From Spizellomyces punctatus DAOM BR117 (lineage: Eukaryota): a stretch of DNA of 64,000 bases. The notes beneath the pieces are model-generated. The model had not been told where the DNA came from and did not search any database. It saw only the letters and a list, made by a program, of their open reading frames with translations. Position numbers and translations under genes: made by a program. The DNA lies in assembly GCA_000182565.2 (NCBI GenBank), contig KQ257450.1, one strand, 5' to 3'. How positions within the stretch are numbered: position 1 is the stretch's first letter; every line of letters begins with the position of its first letter. This document shows, piece after piece, positions 14,184-25,561 of the stretch.

Positions 14184-14734
14184 TCAGAATGGAAGTTCAG
14201 GTTTCGCAGCTTCTTTCGCTTTGCGCCGTTCCTATAAACGGAAAGCCCACATTGGTATCAAAGCGACTGAAGATCAATAACGTTGCAATCCACACCTCCT
14301 TCCATGCGGCAATGCGTTCCGGCATTTTGGCCATATTTTCCGCAATTTTCTTCTCCCTACGATACGTTGATTTAGGTCAATAAGAAAGATGCAAAAAGTT
14401 TGCGAACCAAATGAGGTATACTCCTTCGCTACTCCTCCTGGACACACCTGTTGTATTGCTCCAGCTCCTTCTTTGTCCCCTTCGGCTGCACCGCTTTGGC
14501 TTTGAAGATCCCACCTACTTCCGCCGGTAGTCCAAGGTTCGCCACAGAATCAAGCCCAGCCATTCGACATGCTTTGCGGATACGCCCCTGTTCTCGAATG
14601 CCAATTCGCGGGGGTCTTACCGACCCGTCAAGGGAAATTGTTTCGCGAAACGCTGCTGGCGGAGGAGGGAATGCAATTTGTTTGAGAATGTGGTCCGTGG
14701 GCATGCGCGAGGGAAACCTGGCGCCAATCTTCAT
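14184..14734 (-). CDS. MRPL25: Mitochondrial ribosomal protein mL59 (MRPL25)-like
   Basis: PPRIGIREQGRIRKACRMAG...PKGTKKELEQ...KIAENMAKMPERIAAWKEE|ERRKAKEAAKPELPF*, two introns; matches the remembered mL59 pattern. Confidence 0.7.
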
Positions 14735-14800
14735 TTTGTCCAGTGTAGGGATTTAGAAAGATCGCAGTGGCAAAACTGGCAGGCGGGGTGAGCGCTGGAT

Positions 14801-14814
14801 GTTACCATGGCAAC
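14801..14814. promoter_or_regulatory. RFX X-box
   Basis: GTTACCATGGCAAC, a near-perfect palindromic X-box in the ~140 bp divergent promoter. Confidence 0.65.
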
Positions 14815-14872
14815 TTTACGTAACGTCGTCGTGCAGCTGTGATGGCGGACATTGCCTTTGCTGGCCAAGATC

Positions 14873-15388
14873 ATGCCTCCGACATTGCTTGATCTCCTCT
14901 CAACGACCCTTGAAATATCTTCCTCAAAGCCCCGTCCGCGTACCCCGATTCTGCATTATCTACTTACACGATATCTGCCACCTCCAGATATCTTGCGTGT
15001 CCTCCAAACGACTGACGTTCTTCACTCAGAGCGCCGCCACTGCCCTTCTGGGGAGCTGTGGTGGACCCTGGCCATCCTAACCGATACTGGGCATCCGCCA
15101 AATCGCGGTATGCGACCTGTTGAGCGCCGACGAGACTGGAAGAGAGTATGTTTCCAGCGATATAAAGACGACATGGCACGCCGCGACAGGCCTGTTCCTG
15201 TAATGTCGTCAACAGCGAAAGATGCATATGTTTCCGAAATAATGGAGGCATCGTACACCCCGCGAGCGAGAGGGAAACTGACTGCCGAGGAAAAGCAGGA
15301 AGCTAGGGCATGGTATAAAGATCTGCGAAATAAGAAAGTTCGAGGGAAAGGGCCTGAGAAGGACCCAAGGGAATTCTTTACGGTATAA
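14873..15388 (+). CDS. Hypothetical protein (171 aa, intronless)
   Basis: Open frame from ATG with protein-like composition, basic C-terminus; AT-rich sequence after the stop. Confidence 0.7.
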   Translation: MPPTLLDLLSTTLEISSSKPRPRTPILHYLLTRYLPPPDILRVLQTTDVLHSERRHCPSGELWWTLAILTDTGHPPNRGMRPVERRRDWKRVCFQRYKDDMARRDRPVPVMSSTAKDAYVSEIMEASYTPRARGKLTAEEKQEARAWYKDLRNKKVRGKGPEKDPREFFTV

Positions 15389-16260
15389 AAAATCACCAGC
15401 TATTTTCACCGTATTCAGGAGATTGCCGTGCGTAGCTTATATGTGATGACTTACTGGCGGCAACTGGGGCCATACCGGCCTTGTACGCTCGTCGGGCCTG
15501 GTACGGCCCCCAGGTCCCTAGTACTTGTCTAGCTAGTTGCATGAGAGCAGAGCGCATCTAATGTGTCTTTCCGGCGAACACAGGCTCCTGGAGATATGGT
15601 TGACGCGAGCCGCTGAAAAGGATCCTTAATGTGGGGGAAAGCGTTCGGGAGCGTGACGCTGAGGTCGCGATGACCGACCGACATGTATACAGCGCGAACA
15701 CATACGAATTTGTGTATCTGGGAGCTCTGTTCCGCTCAATACAACCCCGTCGCTCGTGATGCTCAATATTGAGATGTTGATATCAATCTGCAATTCAGAT
15801 GAAAGGGAGCATAGATCATCCACTCGGTCCATGTAGTACGTACGGTAACCATCATGAGAGCACTGACACCGAGTGACTTTTTTTTTACACCGACACAACA
15901 GGACAAATCCGTTTGTTGCCTGCAATGCACGTCCTGCGAGTGACGAAGCACCTCTGCTAGGTAAATCCAAAGACGACCAATCTTTTTCATGTCAAACGAG
16001 TTTTCTAGTACAATAGACATCATCAAACAGATATTATTTCACATCAACCAAGTTATTTAAAAATAAAACACGGCATAACGCGAAACCAAAGGTGTCTTTC
16101 GACCGTACTTAAGGAAAAAACATATATCCCTTGCTTTATTTACAGTGTATACAAAACTTGCACTTGGCACGTATTTACAGCAAAACATTCATACATCCAA
16201 TAGATGTACTTGTACCGACAGACGTAATCCGCAGACAAACTATCTATGCTTTTTCACAAT

Positions 16261-19200
16261 TCAAACTTGAGTTCTACCCCAGCGGTTGCAGAACTTTAGG
16301 GATGCTCAGGTGCCGAGGAGCTCACGCATCGACACGATGTTGCTATGGAAAAAAAGGTATATTGTTAAAGGTGGTGGAACGGAGACCCAGTAGATTGAAA
16401 ATACTGATGTCTCACCTTATTTCCTTGCATCTTTTGCTCGGTCAAAAGCCGCAACAGTCGCTTCAACAGCCGCAGCTTCGCTTTCCCCTTCGGAGCCGCA
16501 GCTTTTGGGGCCGCAGTTTTTGCAGCCGCTTTGGGCGCCGCCTTCGGAGTTGCCTTCGGAGCCGCCTTCGTTACGTTTGCTTTCGAGGCATCTTTACCAG
16601 CTGCTTTCGCGGCGTCTTTTCCAGTTGCTGCTCTTGCGGCATCTTTACCAGGTGCTTTCCCGGCGTCTTTTCCAGTTGCTTTGGCGGCATCTTTACCAGC
16701 CTTTGGAGCTGCCTTCGCGGCGTCTTTACCAGTTGCTTTTGCGGCATCTTTACCAGTTGCTTTCGCGGCGTCTTTTAGAGCTGCTTTCGCGGCGTCTTTT
16801 CCAGTTGCTTTGGCAGCGTCTTTTCCAGCCTTTGGAGCTGCCTTCGCGGCGTCTTTACCAGCTGCTTTAGGGGCGTCTTTACCAGTTGCTTTCCCGGCCT
16901 CTTTACCAGCTGCTTTCGCGGCGTCTTTACCAGCTGCTTTCGCGGCGTCTTTACCAGCTGCTTTCCCGGCGTTTTTACCAGCTGCTTTCCCGTCGTCCTT
17001 ACCAGCTGCTTTCGCGGCGTCTTTACCAGCGTTTGGTGCCGCTGCTTTCCCGGCCTCTTTACCAGCTGCTTTCGCGGCGTCTTTACCAGCTGCTTTCCCG
17101 GCGTCTTTACCAGCTGCTTTCCCGGCGTCTTTACCAGCTGCTTTCCCGGCGTCTTTACCAGCTGCTTTCGCGGCGTCTTTACCAGCTGCTTTCGCGGCGT
17201 CTTTACCAGCTGCTTTCGCGGCGTCTTTACCAGCTGCTTTCCCGGCGTTTTTACCAGCTGCTTTCCCGTCGTCCTTACCAGCTGCTTTCGCGGCGTCTTT
17301 ACCAGCGTTTGGTGCCGCTGCTTTCCCGGCCTCTTTACCAGCTGCTTTCGCGGCGTCTTTACCAGCTGCTTTCCCGGCGTCTTTACCAGCTGCTTTCCCG
17401 GCGTCTTTACCAGCTGCTTTCCCGGCGTCTTTACCAGCTGCTTTCGCGGCGTCTTGACCAGCTGCTTTCGCGGCATCTTTACCAGCTGCTTTAGCGGCAT
17501 CTTTACCAGCTGCTTTCGCGGCATCTTTACCAGCTGCTTTAGCGGCATCTTTACCAGCGTTTGGCGGGGTCACCGTTGCCTTTGCGGCGTCTTTACCAGC
17601 AGCTTTTGCGGCGTCTTTGCCAGCGTTTGGCGGGGTCACTGTCGCTTTTGCAGCATCTTTACCAGCGTTTGGCGGGGTTACCGTCGCTTTTGCAGCATCT
17701 TTACCAGTTGCTTTTGCGGCGTCTTTGCCAGCGTTTGGCGGGGTTACCGTCGCTTTTGCAGCATCTTTACCAGCGTTTGGCGGGGTTACCGTCGCTTTTG
17801 CAGCATTTTTACCAGTTGCTTTTGCGGCGTCTTTACCAGCTGCTTTAGCGGCGTCCGCGGCGTCCTTTCCAGCGTTCGGCGGGGTCACCGTCGCTTTTGC
17901 AGCTTTACCAGCGTTTGGCGGGGTTACCGTCGCTTTTGCAGCATCTTTACCAGCTGCTTTCGCGTCTTTACCAGTTGCTTTTGCGCCGTCTTTACCAGCG
18001 TTTGGCGGGGTCACTGTCGCTTTTGCAGCATCTTTACCAGCGTTTGGCGGGGTTACCGTCGCTTTTGCAGCATCTTTACCAGCGTTTGGCGGGGTTACCG
18101 TCGCTTTTGCAGCATTTTACCGTCGGCTTTTGCAGCATTTTTACCAGTTGCTTTTGCGGCGTCTTTACCAGCTGCTTTAGCGGCGTCCGCGGCGTCCTTT
18201 CCAGCGTTCGGCGGGGTCACCGTCGCTTTTGCAGCTTTACCAGCGTTTGGCGGGGTTACCGTCGCTTTTGCAGCATCTTTACCAGTTGCTTTTGCGGCGT
18301 CTTTGCCAGCGTTTGGCGGGGTCACTGTCGCTTTTGCAGCATCTTTACCAGCGTTTGGCGGGGTTACCGTCGCTTTTGCAGCATCTTTACCAGTTGCTTT
18401 TGCGGCGTCTTTGCCAGCGTTTGAGGCGGTAACAGTCGCTTTTGAACATCNNNNNNNNNNNNNNNNNNNNNNNNNNNNNNNNNNNNNNNNNNNNNNNNNN
18501 NNNNNNNNNNNNNNNNNNNNNNNNNNNNNNNNNNNNNNNNNNNNNNNNNNGCGTTTGGCGGGGTTACCGTCGCTTTTGCAGCATCTTTACCAGTTGCTTT
18601 TGCGGCGTCTTTGCCAGCGTTTGGCGGGGTTACCGTCGCTTTTGCAGCATCTTTACCAGCGTTTGGTGGGGTTACCGTCGCTTTTGCAGCATCTTTACCA
18701 GTTGCTTTTGCGGCGTCTTTACCAGCTGCTGTAGCAGCTTCCGTCGCGTTTTTTCCAGCTGTTGTCGGGGTCACCGTGGCTTTTGCATCTTTACCAGCGT
18801 TTGCGGGGTTACCGTCAGCTTTTGCAGCATCTTTACCAGCTGCTTTCGCGTCTTTACCAGTTGCTTTTGCGGCGTCTTTACCAGCGTTTGGCGGGGTCAC
18901 TGTCGCTTTTGCAGCATCTTTACCAGCGTTTGGCGGGGTTACCGTCGCTTTTGCAGCATCTTTACCAGTTGCTTTTGCAGCATCTTTACCAGTTGCTTTC
19001 GTGGCGTCCTTTCCAGCGTTCGGCGGGGTCACCGTTGCTTTTGCGGCATCTTTACCAGCTGCTTTAGCGGCGTCCGCGGCGTCCTTTCCAGCGTTCGGCG
19101 GGGTCACCGTCGCTTTTGCAGCTTTACCAGCGTTTGGCGGGGTTACCGTCGCTTTTGCAGCATCTTTACCAGTTGCTTTTGCGGCGTCTTTGCCAGCGTT

Positions 19201-20412
19201 TGGCGGGGTCACTGTCGCTTTTGCAGCATCTTTACCAGCGTTTGGCGGGGTTACCGTCGCTTTTGCAGCATCTTTACCAGTTGCTTTTGCGGCGTCTTTA
19301 CCAGCGTTTGGCGGGGTCACCGTTGCTTTCGCGGCGTCCTTTCCAGCGCTTGGCGGGGTCACCGTTGCTTTCGCGGCATCTTTACCAGCTGCTTTCGCGT
19401 CTTTACCAGTGGCCTTTGCGGCATCTTTACCAGCGTTTGGCGGGGTCACCGTTGCCTTTGCGGCGTCTTTACCAGCAGCTTTTGCGGCGTCTTTACCGGT
19501 TGCTTTCGCGGCGTCTTTGCCAGCGTTCGGCGGGGTCACTGTCGCTTTTGCAGCATCTTTATCAGCTGCTTTCGCGTCTTTACCAGTTGCTTTTGCGGCG
19601 TCTTTACCAGCGTTTGGCGGGGTCACCGTTGCTTTCGCGGCGTCCTTTCCAGCGCTTGGCGGGGTCACCGTTGCTTTCGCGGCGTCCTTTCCATCGTTCG
19701 GCGGGGTCACCGTTGCTTTTGCGGCATCTTTACCAGCTGCTTTCGCGTCTTTACCAGTGGCCTTTGCGGCATCTTTACCAGCGTTTGGCGGGGTCACCGT
19801 TGCCTTTGCGGCGTCTTTACCAGCAGCTTTTGCGGCGTCTTTACCGGTTGCTTTCGCGGCGTCTTTGCCAGCGTTCGGCGGGGTCACTGTCGCTTTTGCA
19901 GCGTCCTTTCCAGCGCTTGGCGGGGTCACCGTTGCTTTCGCGGCGTCCTTTCCAGCGCTTGGTGGCGTTACCGTTGCTTTTGCGGCATCTTTGCCAGCGT
20001 TTGGTGGGTTCCCCGGTGCTTTCGCATCTTCTTTTTTAGGAACTGATGTAGTGTTTCGAGGGATCGCCTCGCCGTCACTATCAGGATGTGGTCCGTCATG
20101 TGGCGCGGGTGCTAATGTATGCCAGAACAGACCATTAGAGCAACTCCATTACATATCATCTCAGGAATCATACGGCACGCTACCTCTTGGATCAACTCGG
20201 ATGACCTTGGTGAGTGATTCTGTCCAAGCTGAGATTTCAGCACATTTCTCGCCTTTGCAATTTCTCTCTGTAGTGATTTGAGGAGTAGGTACTATTTATG
20301 CCAACACTGTGTGATCAGAAGGATGTCATTTTGTGCATCGAGCAAATGTATGTGTACCTGCTAGTGCAGTCGTGGTGAGGGCCGCAATGATAACGAGCGA
20401 CAACTTCACCAT
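16261..20412 (-). CDS. Secreted Ala/Lys/Gly/Asp-rich tandem-repeat protein (>1200 aa), interrupted by an assembly gap
   Basis: Signal peptide MVKLSLVIIAALTTTALA, spliced exons VPTPQITTERNCKGEKCAEISAW...VDPR|APAPHDGPHPDSDGE..., then AAKATVTPPNAGKD and AAKAAGKD repeats and an H1-like KAAPK tail. Last two small exons are tentative. Confidence 0.8.
16500..20020. repeat. Coding minisatellite array of 21/24/42-bp units with higher-order duplications
   Basis: Recurrent GCGGCGTCTTTACCAGCTGCTTTC (24 bp) and GCAGCATCTTTACCAGCGTTTGGCGGGGTTACCGTCGCTTTT (42 bp); 276-bp duplication (markers at 16989 and 17265). Confidence 0.97.
18451..18550. other. Assembly gap (100 N)
   Basis: Run of exactly 100 N inside the repeat array. 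Confidence 1.
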
Positions 20413-21208
20413 CTCGTGTACGTGTGCAGCGTTAGAATGTGAAAAGAATTATTCGATTGTTTCTATTGAAGAGGAAGCGGATGGAAGTATGGTCTTCTAT
20501 TTAAAACAACTCTACAAGACATTATATCAGGATGTAAAACTCCGCTCCCAAGTTACCTTGATAAACCGATGCAAGGAACCCCAAGACTTTCCACAATCGT
20601 AGTGGGCAATCATCACCGGCCTCGAGCCAGCACCCCTCCAAGATGACAGGTTGTCTTCATAATAGATGCATCGTTTTGAATGAGGACGAGATAGGCCACT
20701 TCAGGCTGGTTTCGTGCCATTCCTGGCTGAACCAGGGACATAGCTCTACAACCGGGTGCAATCCTCAGTGGATATCCGGGTATTCTACACAGAACAATAT
20801 GAGCGTTCTGTTCATTCTTTTGAATATGCGCCTTCCTCTACGGTTGCGCCCGGCCGCATCAGGCACGGCAATTTTGCCTGTGACGTGTGACTCCTCTGCC
20901 AGGATGAGGAAATCGCTAATCTTGGAAAGGCGTATAACTGGGGTTTTAGAAAAGTGCCAACGTAGTCGAGATTCCTGTATTTCAAAGTCAAGCCCAGATG
21001 TTCGGGGTGGTATTCTGGGGTACAACCGCAAGCGTAATTGCAACGATTCAAGCGAGAGGGTCGGGGCTCCCCAAACTTTAGGTATGAAACGAGTTCGCAC
21101 AATGACTGCCACTTTCACAGCGTTTGCTTGCCCTTGTATCAGTATTGCTCTCACCCTCGCAGGATTTGAAAGGATAAAACATTGCAGTCGATAATTCCGG
21201 GCCATCTA

Positions 21209-21410
21209 CCCAAATCCTCCGGAGCTCTTGCGACATTTGTGGTGATACTTGGTTGTCGGCCCGTCGGTCGAAAAGTCCCCAGTTCCTATGGAGCTCTTGC
21301 AGAGGGGTTGTCGGCCCGTCGGTAGGACAGTCCCCAAATCCTCCAGAGCTCTTGCGACACTAAGTCACCAGATCCTATGGATCTCTTGCAGAGGGGTTGT
21401 CGGCCCGTCG
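21209..21410. repeat. Modular imperfect direct-repeat cluster in intergenic DNA
   Basis: GGTTGTCGGCCCGTCG x3 (21251, 21306, 21395); CCCAAATCCTCCRGAGCTCTTGCGACA x2; CCAGWTCCTATGGAKCTCTTGCAGAGG x2. Confidence 0.85.
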
Positions 21411-21621
21411 ATAAGACAATTTCCAAACCCCATGTCTTAAAAGTCCCAAACCTGTAGAGAAAGTCTTGCTCCTCAAAATGCCCAAAACTAAGAAAAGGGC
21501 GGCACTCAAACCCAGAAATCCTGGGGCATCTGTAACGCAATCTGCATACAAAGTTACATACCGCAGCCATACCGTCGGCTCTCCCACAGCGACCCAGACG
21601 AGTCTCCTAGGTAAGCAAAAT

Positions 21622-21635
21622 GTTGCCATAGCAAC
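21622..21635. promoter_or_regulatory. RFX X-box
   Basis: GTTGCCATAGCAAC, about 110 bp upstream of the gamma-COP start. Confidence 0.55.
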
Positions 21636-21746
21636 AAGACTGGAAACGCGTGACACGTGTCCGGGTGGTGAGGCGTCTCTCCAAGCCAAACTTGGAACAA
21701 GTCCCGTTCAACGCGCAACTTGGGATTTGTAGCATTTTCAAACACC

Positions 21747-24700
21747 ATGAACTTGGGCAAGAAAGATGAAGACTCGGGTACGGGTGCAAAGGAAAATCGT
21801 CACTTTTACGTGCTTATCTGACCTGATGGCCACCATGGATTTGCCTTTTAAAAACTGCCAGATGCAGGCCTCTTCTTCCACATTGACAAGAGTACGGTCC
21901 TGCAAGAAGCACGCGCATTCAACGAAACTCCCATCAATCCTCGGAAATGCCGCCTCATATTGACCAAGATTGTGTATCTGCTCTACCAGTCCGAGGTGTT
22001 TCACACCCAAGAAGCGACCGAAACATTCTTCTCCATCACAAAGCTCTTTCAATCTCAAGATGTATGTTACCGTGATCATCATGCTTCCATACTACAAGTA
22101 TCCATAGAGTTGCATCTCACGTGCTTTTCAGACCCCACTTCGGCAAATGGTCTACCTTCTCATCAAAGAACTATCGACGGTGGCCGAGGATGTCATCATG
22201 GTGACCTCAAGTCTGATGCGTGATATGAATGCAAAGTCGGACGTTATCTACCGAGCGAATGCTATTCGAGCGTTGGCAAAGATTACCGATGTAAGCGGAC
22301 ATATCAGAACGCTTAAGTCTTGTCACATGTATATGTTTTGATGGATTTGGTTGACCCATCATGGGATTTAGAGCTCCATGCTGCAAGCGATCGAGCGATT
22401 CATAAAGCAGGCAATTGTGGACAAAAATCCCAGTGTCTCTAGCGCAGCTCTCGTTTCCTCCCTTCATCTTTTTGGCGCGAATAAGGATGTTGTGAGACGG
22501 TGGGCTAACGAGGTCCAGGAATCCATCAACAGCAAAGGTCCTATTACACAGTACCATGCATTAGGTTTAATGTACCAGATTCGGCAACATGATCGAATGG
22601 CCGTCATTAAATTGGTGCAGAACTACTCCCGCGGATCCTTGCGCTCACCTTTAGCGTACTGCATGTTGATTCGATATGCGTGTAAGATTATGGAGGACGA
22701 AGAACCAGGGTATGGGTGATCCACGTGGTCTCAGAGAGTACAAGTGTCCTTAGTAACGTTTACGCAGGTCACGCTCTCTGTACGATTTACTGGAAGGCTG
22801 GTTGCGGCACAAGCACGATATGGTCGTATATGAGGCAGCACGCGCAATTTGCGACTTGCGGGATGTCACAAGTAAAGAATTGTTCCCCGCAGTTTCCGGT
22901 GGGTGAAGAACATACAGCGCGCGTGATCGTCACTGTCTTGACGTTTTGTTCAGCTCTGCAGCTCATGCTCGTGAATCACAAGCCCACCCTCCGCTTCGCG
23001 GCCATCCGGACCCTAAGCAAACTAGCAATGACACATCCTGCCGCAGTATTCCCATGCAACCTGGACATGGAGAATCTGATAACGGATCCTAATAGAAGCA
23101 TCGCCACATTCGCCATCACTACCCTCCTAAAGGTGCGCACACATGTATATCGCCCATGTGTTTGATGGTCTGCTTATCCTGTTGACATCAGACCGGTAAC
23201 GAAGCCAGCGTAGATCGTCTGATGAAGCAAATCACCGGTTTTATGAATGAGATATCTGACGAGTTCAAAATCATCGTTATTGATGCGATCCGGTCTCTCT
23301 GCCTCAAATTTCCGGCGAAGCAATCGTTGATGCTGAACTTCCTATCGAATGTGCTGAGAGATGAGGGTGGATACGAATACAAGAGAGCGATTGTAGACGC
23401 CATTTTGGATATTATTTATCATATCCCTGAGTCCAAGGAGTTTGGTAAGGGGCACATGGTGGAGCAACCGGAGCGAGGAATCGTATTGTAATATTGGATT
23501 CTTTCTACCGATTAGCACTATCCCACCTATGCGAGTTCATCGAAGATTGCGAGTTCAATAAGTTAGCTGTTCGCATACTGCACTTGCTTGGAAGGGAAGG
23601 GCCCAAGACATCAAAACCGTCAAAGTACATCCGATATATTTACAATCGGGTTATTCTTGAAAACGCCACAGTCCGTGCGGCTGCAGTGAGTGCTTTGGCG
23701 CGGTTTGCGGTCCATCTCCCCGAGCTACGAGACCGTGTTAAGGTTCTTCTGACCAGGTGAGTACAGCTGTTCGTGACATTCGTGTATTTGCACGCCATCC
23801 TCATATCTCTGGATAATCATGGAAGATGCTTGGACGATAATGAGGATGAAGTAAGAGATCGTGCAGTGATGTATCTACGCATCATCGATGACGAGGATCT
23901 TTGCAAGCGTTACATTGCAGATGGTTAGTTGCGGCAAAGTCATTCTGATTATTGGGCGTCCGTGTTCATATGGAACTGCCAATCTTACCCAACGTAGAAA
24001 CCACATATAGCTGGCCCTCTCTCGAACGGAAACTCGTCGAATACGTGAACGATGAGGCCGCTCATTCTTCGGCCTTTGATATCAGTACCACACCTGTGAT
24101 CACGGCTGCGCAAGAGAGGGCGGAACGAGCTCGTACGTCACAAGCGTTGTATCGAACGTTCTTTTTTGATATGCTCATGTGCCATCGTATTCAGGGGTCG
24201 CGACGGCCGCTGCAGAACTAGCAGTTCCCACTTTGCGAAGCACTCAGGGTGGGCCGACACCGAGTGCACCTTCAAGCACTCCTGCCGCACGGGGAGCTGT
24301 GCCCTCAGCGGCGGGTGACGCACAGGCTGGATATGCGGCTGCCATGGAGAAGATCCCAGAGCTGGCTGGGTTGGGGTCGCTTTTCAAGTCGTCAAAACCT
24401 GTCGAGTTGACAGAATCAGAAACTGAGTACGTCGTCTCATGCGTGAAGCATGTCTTCTCAGAGCACTTGGTTTTCCAGGTAGGATGCATCGTTGGTTAAT
24501 CCATAACCTGCGTTGACGTGTCATTTTCGGTGAGCCAGTTTGACTGCCGCAACACATTGAACGACTCTCTTTTGGAAAATGTCAATGTCGTGATGAAATT
24601 GGAGACCTCTGAGGACGATGACGCGACAGCGTTGGTGCAAGATAAGGCTATACCCATCCAAAGACTCATCTATGACATCCCGGGAACAGCATACGTTGTG

Positions 24701-25403
24701 TACAGCCGGCCTGGCGGGGTGTGTCCGACGGGTATGCAGTGACGTCCCGTATCATCATGATGAATGTGCTGTTGCTAATGCCGTTATTATAATCTCAGCA
24801 ACCTTTTCAAATGCGTTACGTTTTATTGTCAAAGACTGCGATCCTAGCACGGGCGAACCTGATTCGGAAGAAGGCTACGAGGATGAATATTTGGTATGAT
24901 AGCGGTTGCACACAAAGTTGCTCCCGATAAACACGTGCTTAGTTTTGTACATAGTTGGAAGATTTGGATCTGGTAACGGCAGACTACATGCTCCCGTCGT
25001 ACATCGTCGACTTTAAGCGAACGTGGGAGGAACTCGGGGAGGCCACCGAGGTTACAGAGACGTACGCCCTGACCAATGTAGCTAGCATTAAAGGTAAGCG
25101 CTCATGGAGTGCTATGATTTTTAAAACTCGCGCTCTAATTATAATGATGTCCTCCCTGCCCGACCCAAAGCTGCGGTACAAAATTTGCTTCAACTTCTCG
25201 GCATGCATCCATGCGACGGAAGCGATATGGTCAAGGACAAAGCCACAACGCACACGCTCTTATTGAGCGGAGTGTATGTTGGTGGGACAAAAGTGGTTTG
25301 CCGGTGTCGAATGGTACTTGGTGACGACGGCGTGACGCTGGAGGTCACAGCTAGAAGCCCTGATCAGGACGTTGGGCGGAGGGTTGTGGATGCTGTTTGC
25401 TAG
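21747..25403 (+). CDS. SEC21: Coatomer subunit gamma
   Basis: [112 protein letters not shown]; many introns. Confidence 0.97.
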
Positions 25404-25561
25404 ACTAAAAGCAGAAACATAATACTGCTTCCTATAATGCACGTTGCAATATTGTTGTGGGCTATGATGTTGGGTGAATTCATGCTTACGTGAAGATATG
25501 CAAAGCCACGCAACTAGTGCGAAAGGCAGGCGATGATCTTCTGAGCTTCTTGTCACCGCAA

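Noticed and set aside
16131-20281. Long plus-strand and alternate-frame ORFs (AFAASLP, RRLYQLL, CFRGVFTS, KQLVKTP repeats)
   Set aside because: Shadows of a stop-free repeat unit. Only the minus-strand AAKAAGKD frame connects to a signal peptide and spliced exons.
20643-21205. Overlapping 183-aa and 146-aa ORFs
   Set aside because: No recognisable motifs or splice support; likely promoter region of the repeat gene.
16500-21410. CRISPR-like appearance of the repeats
   Set aside because: No unique spacers of constant length, no cas genes, and a eukaryotic context.
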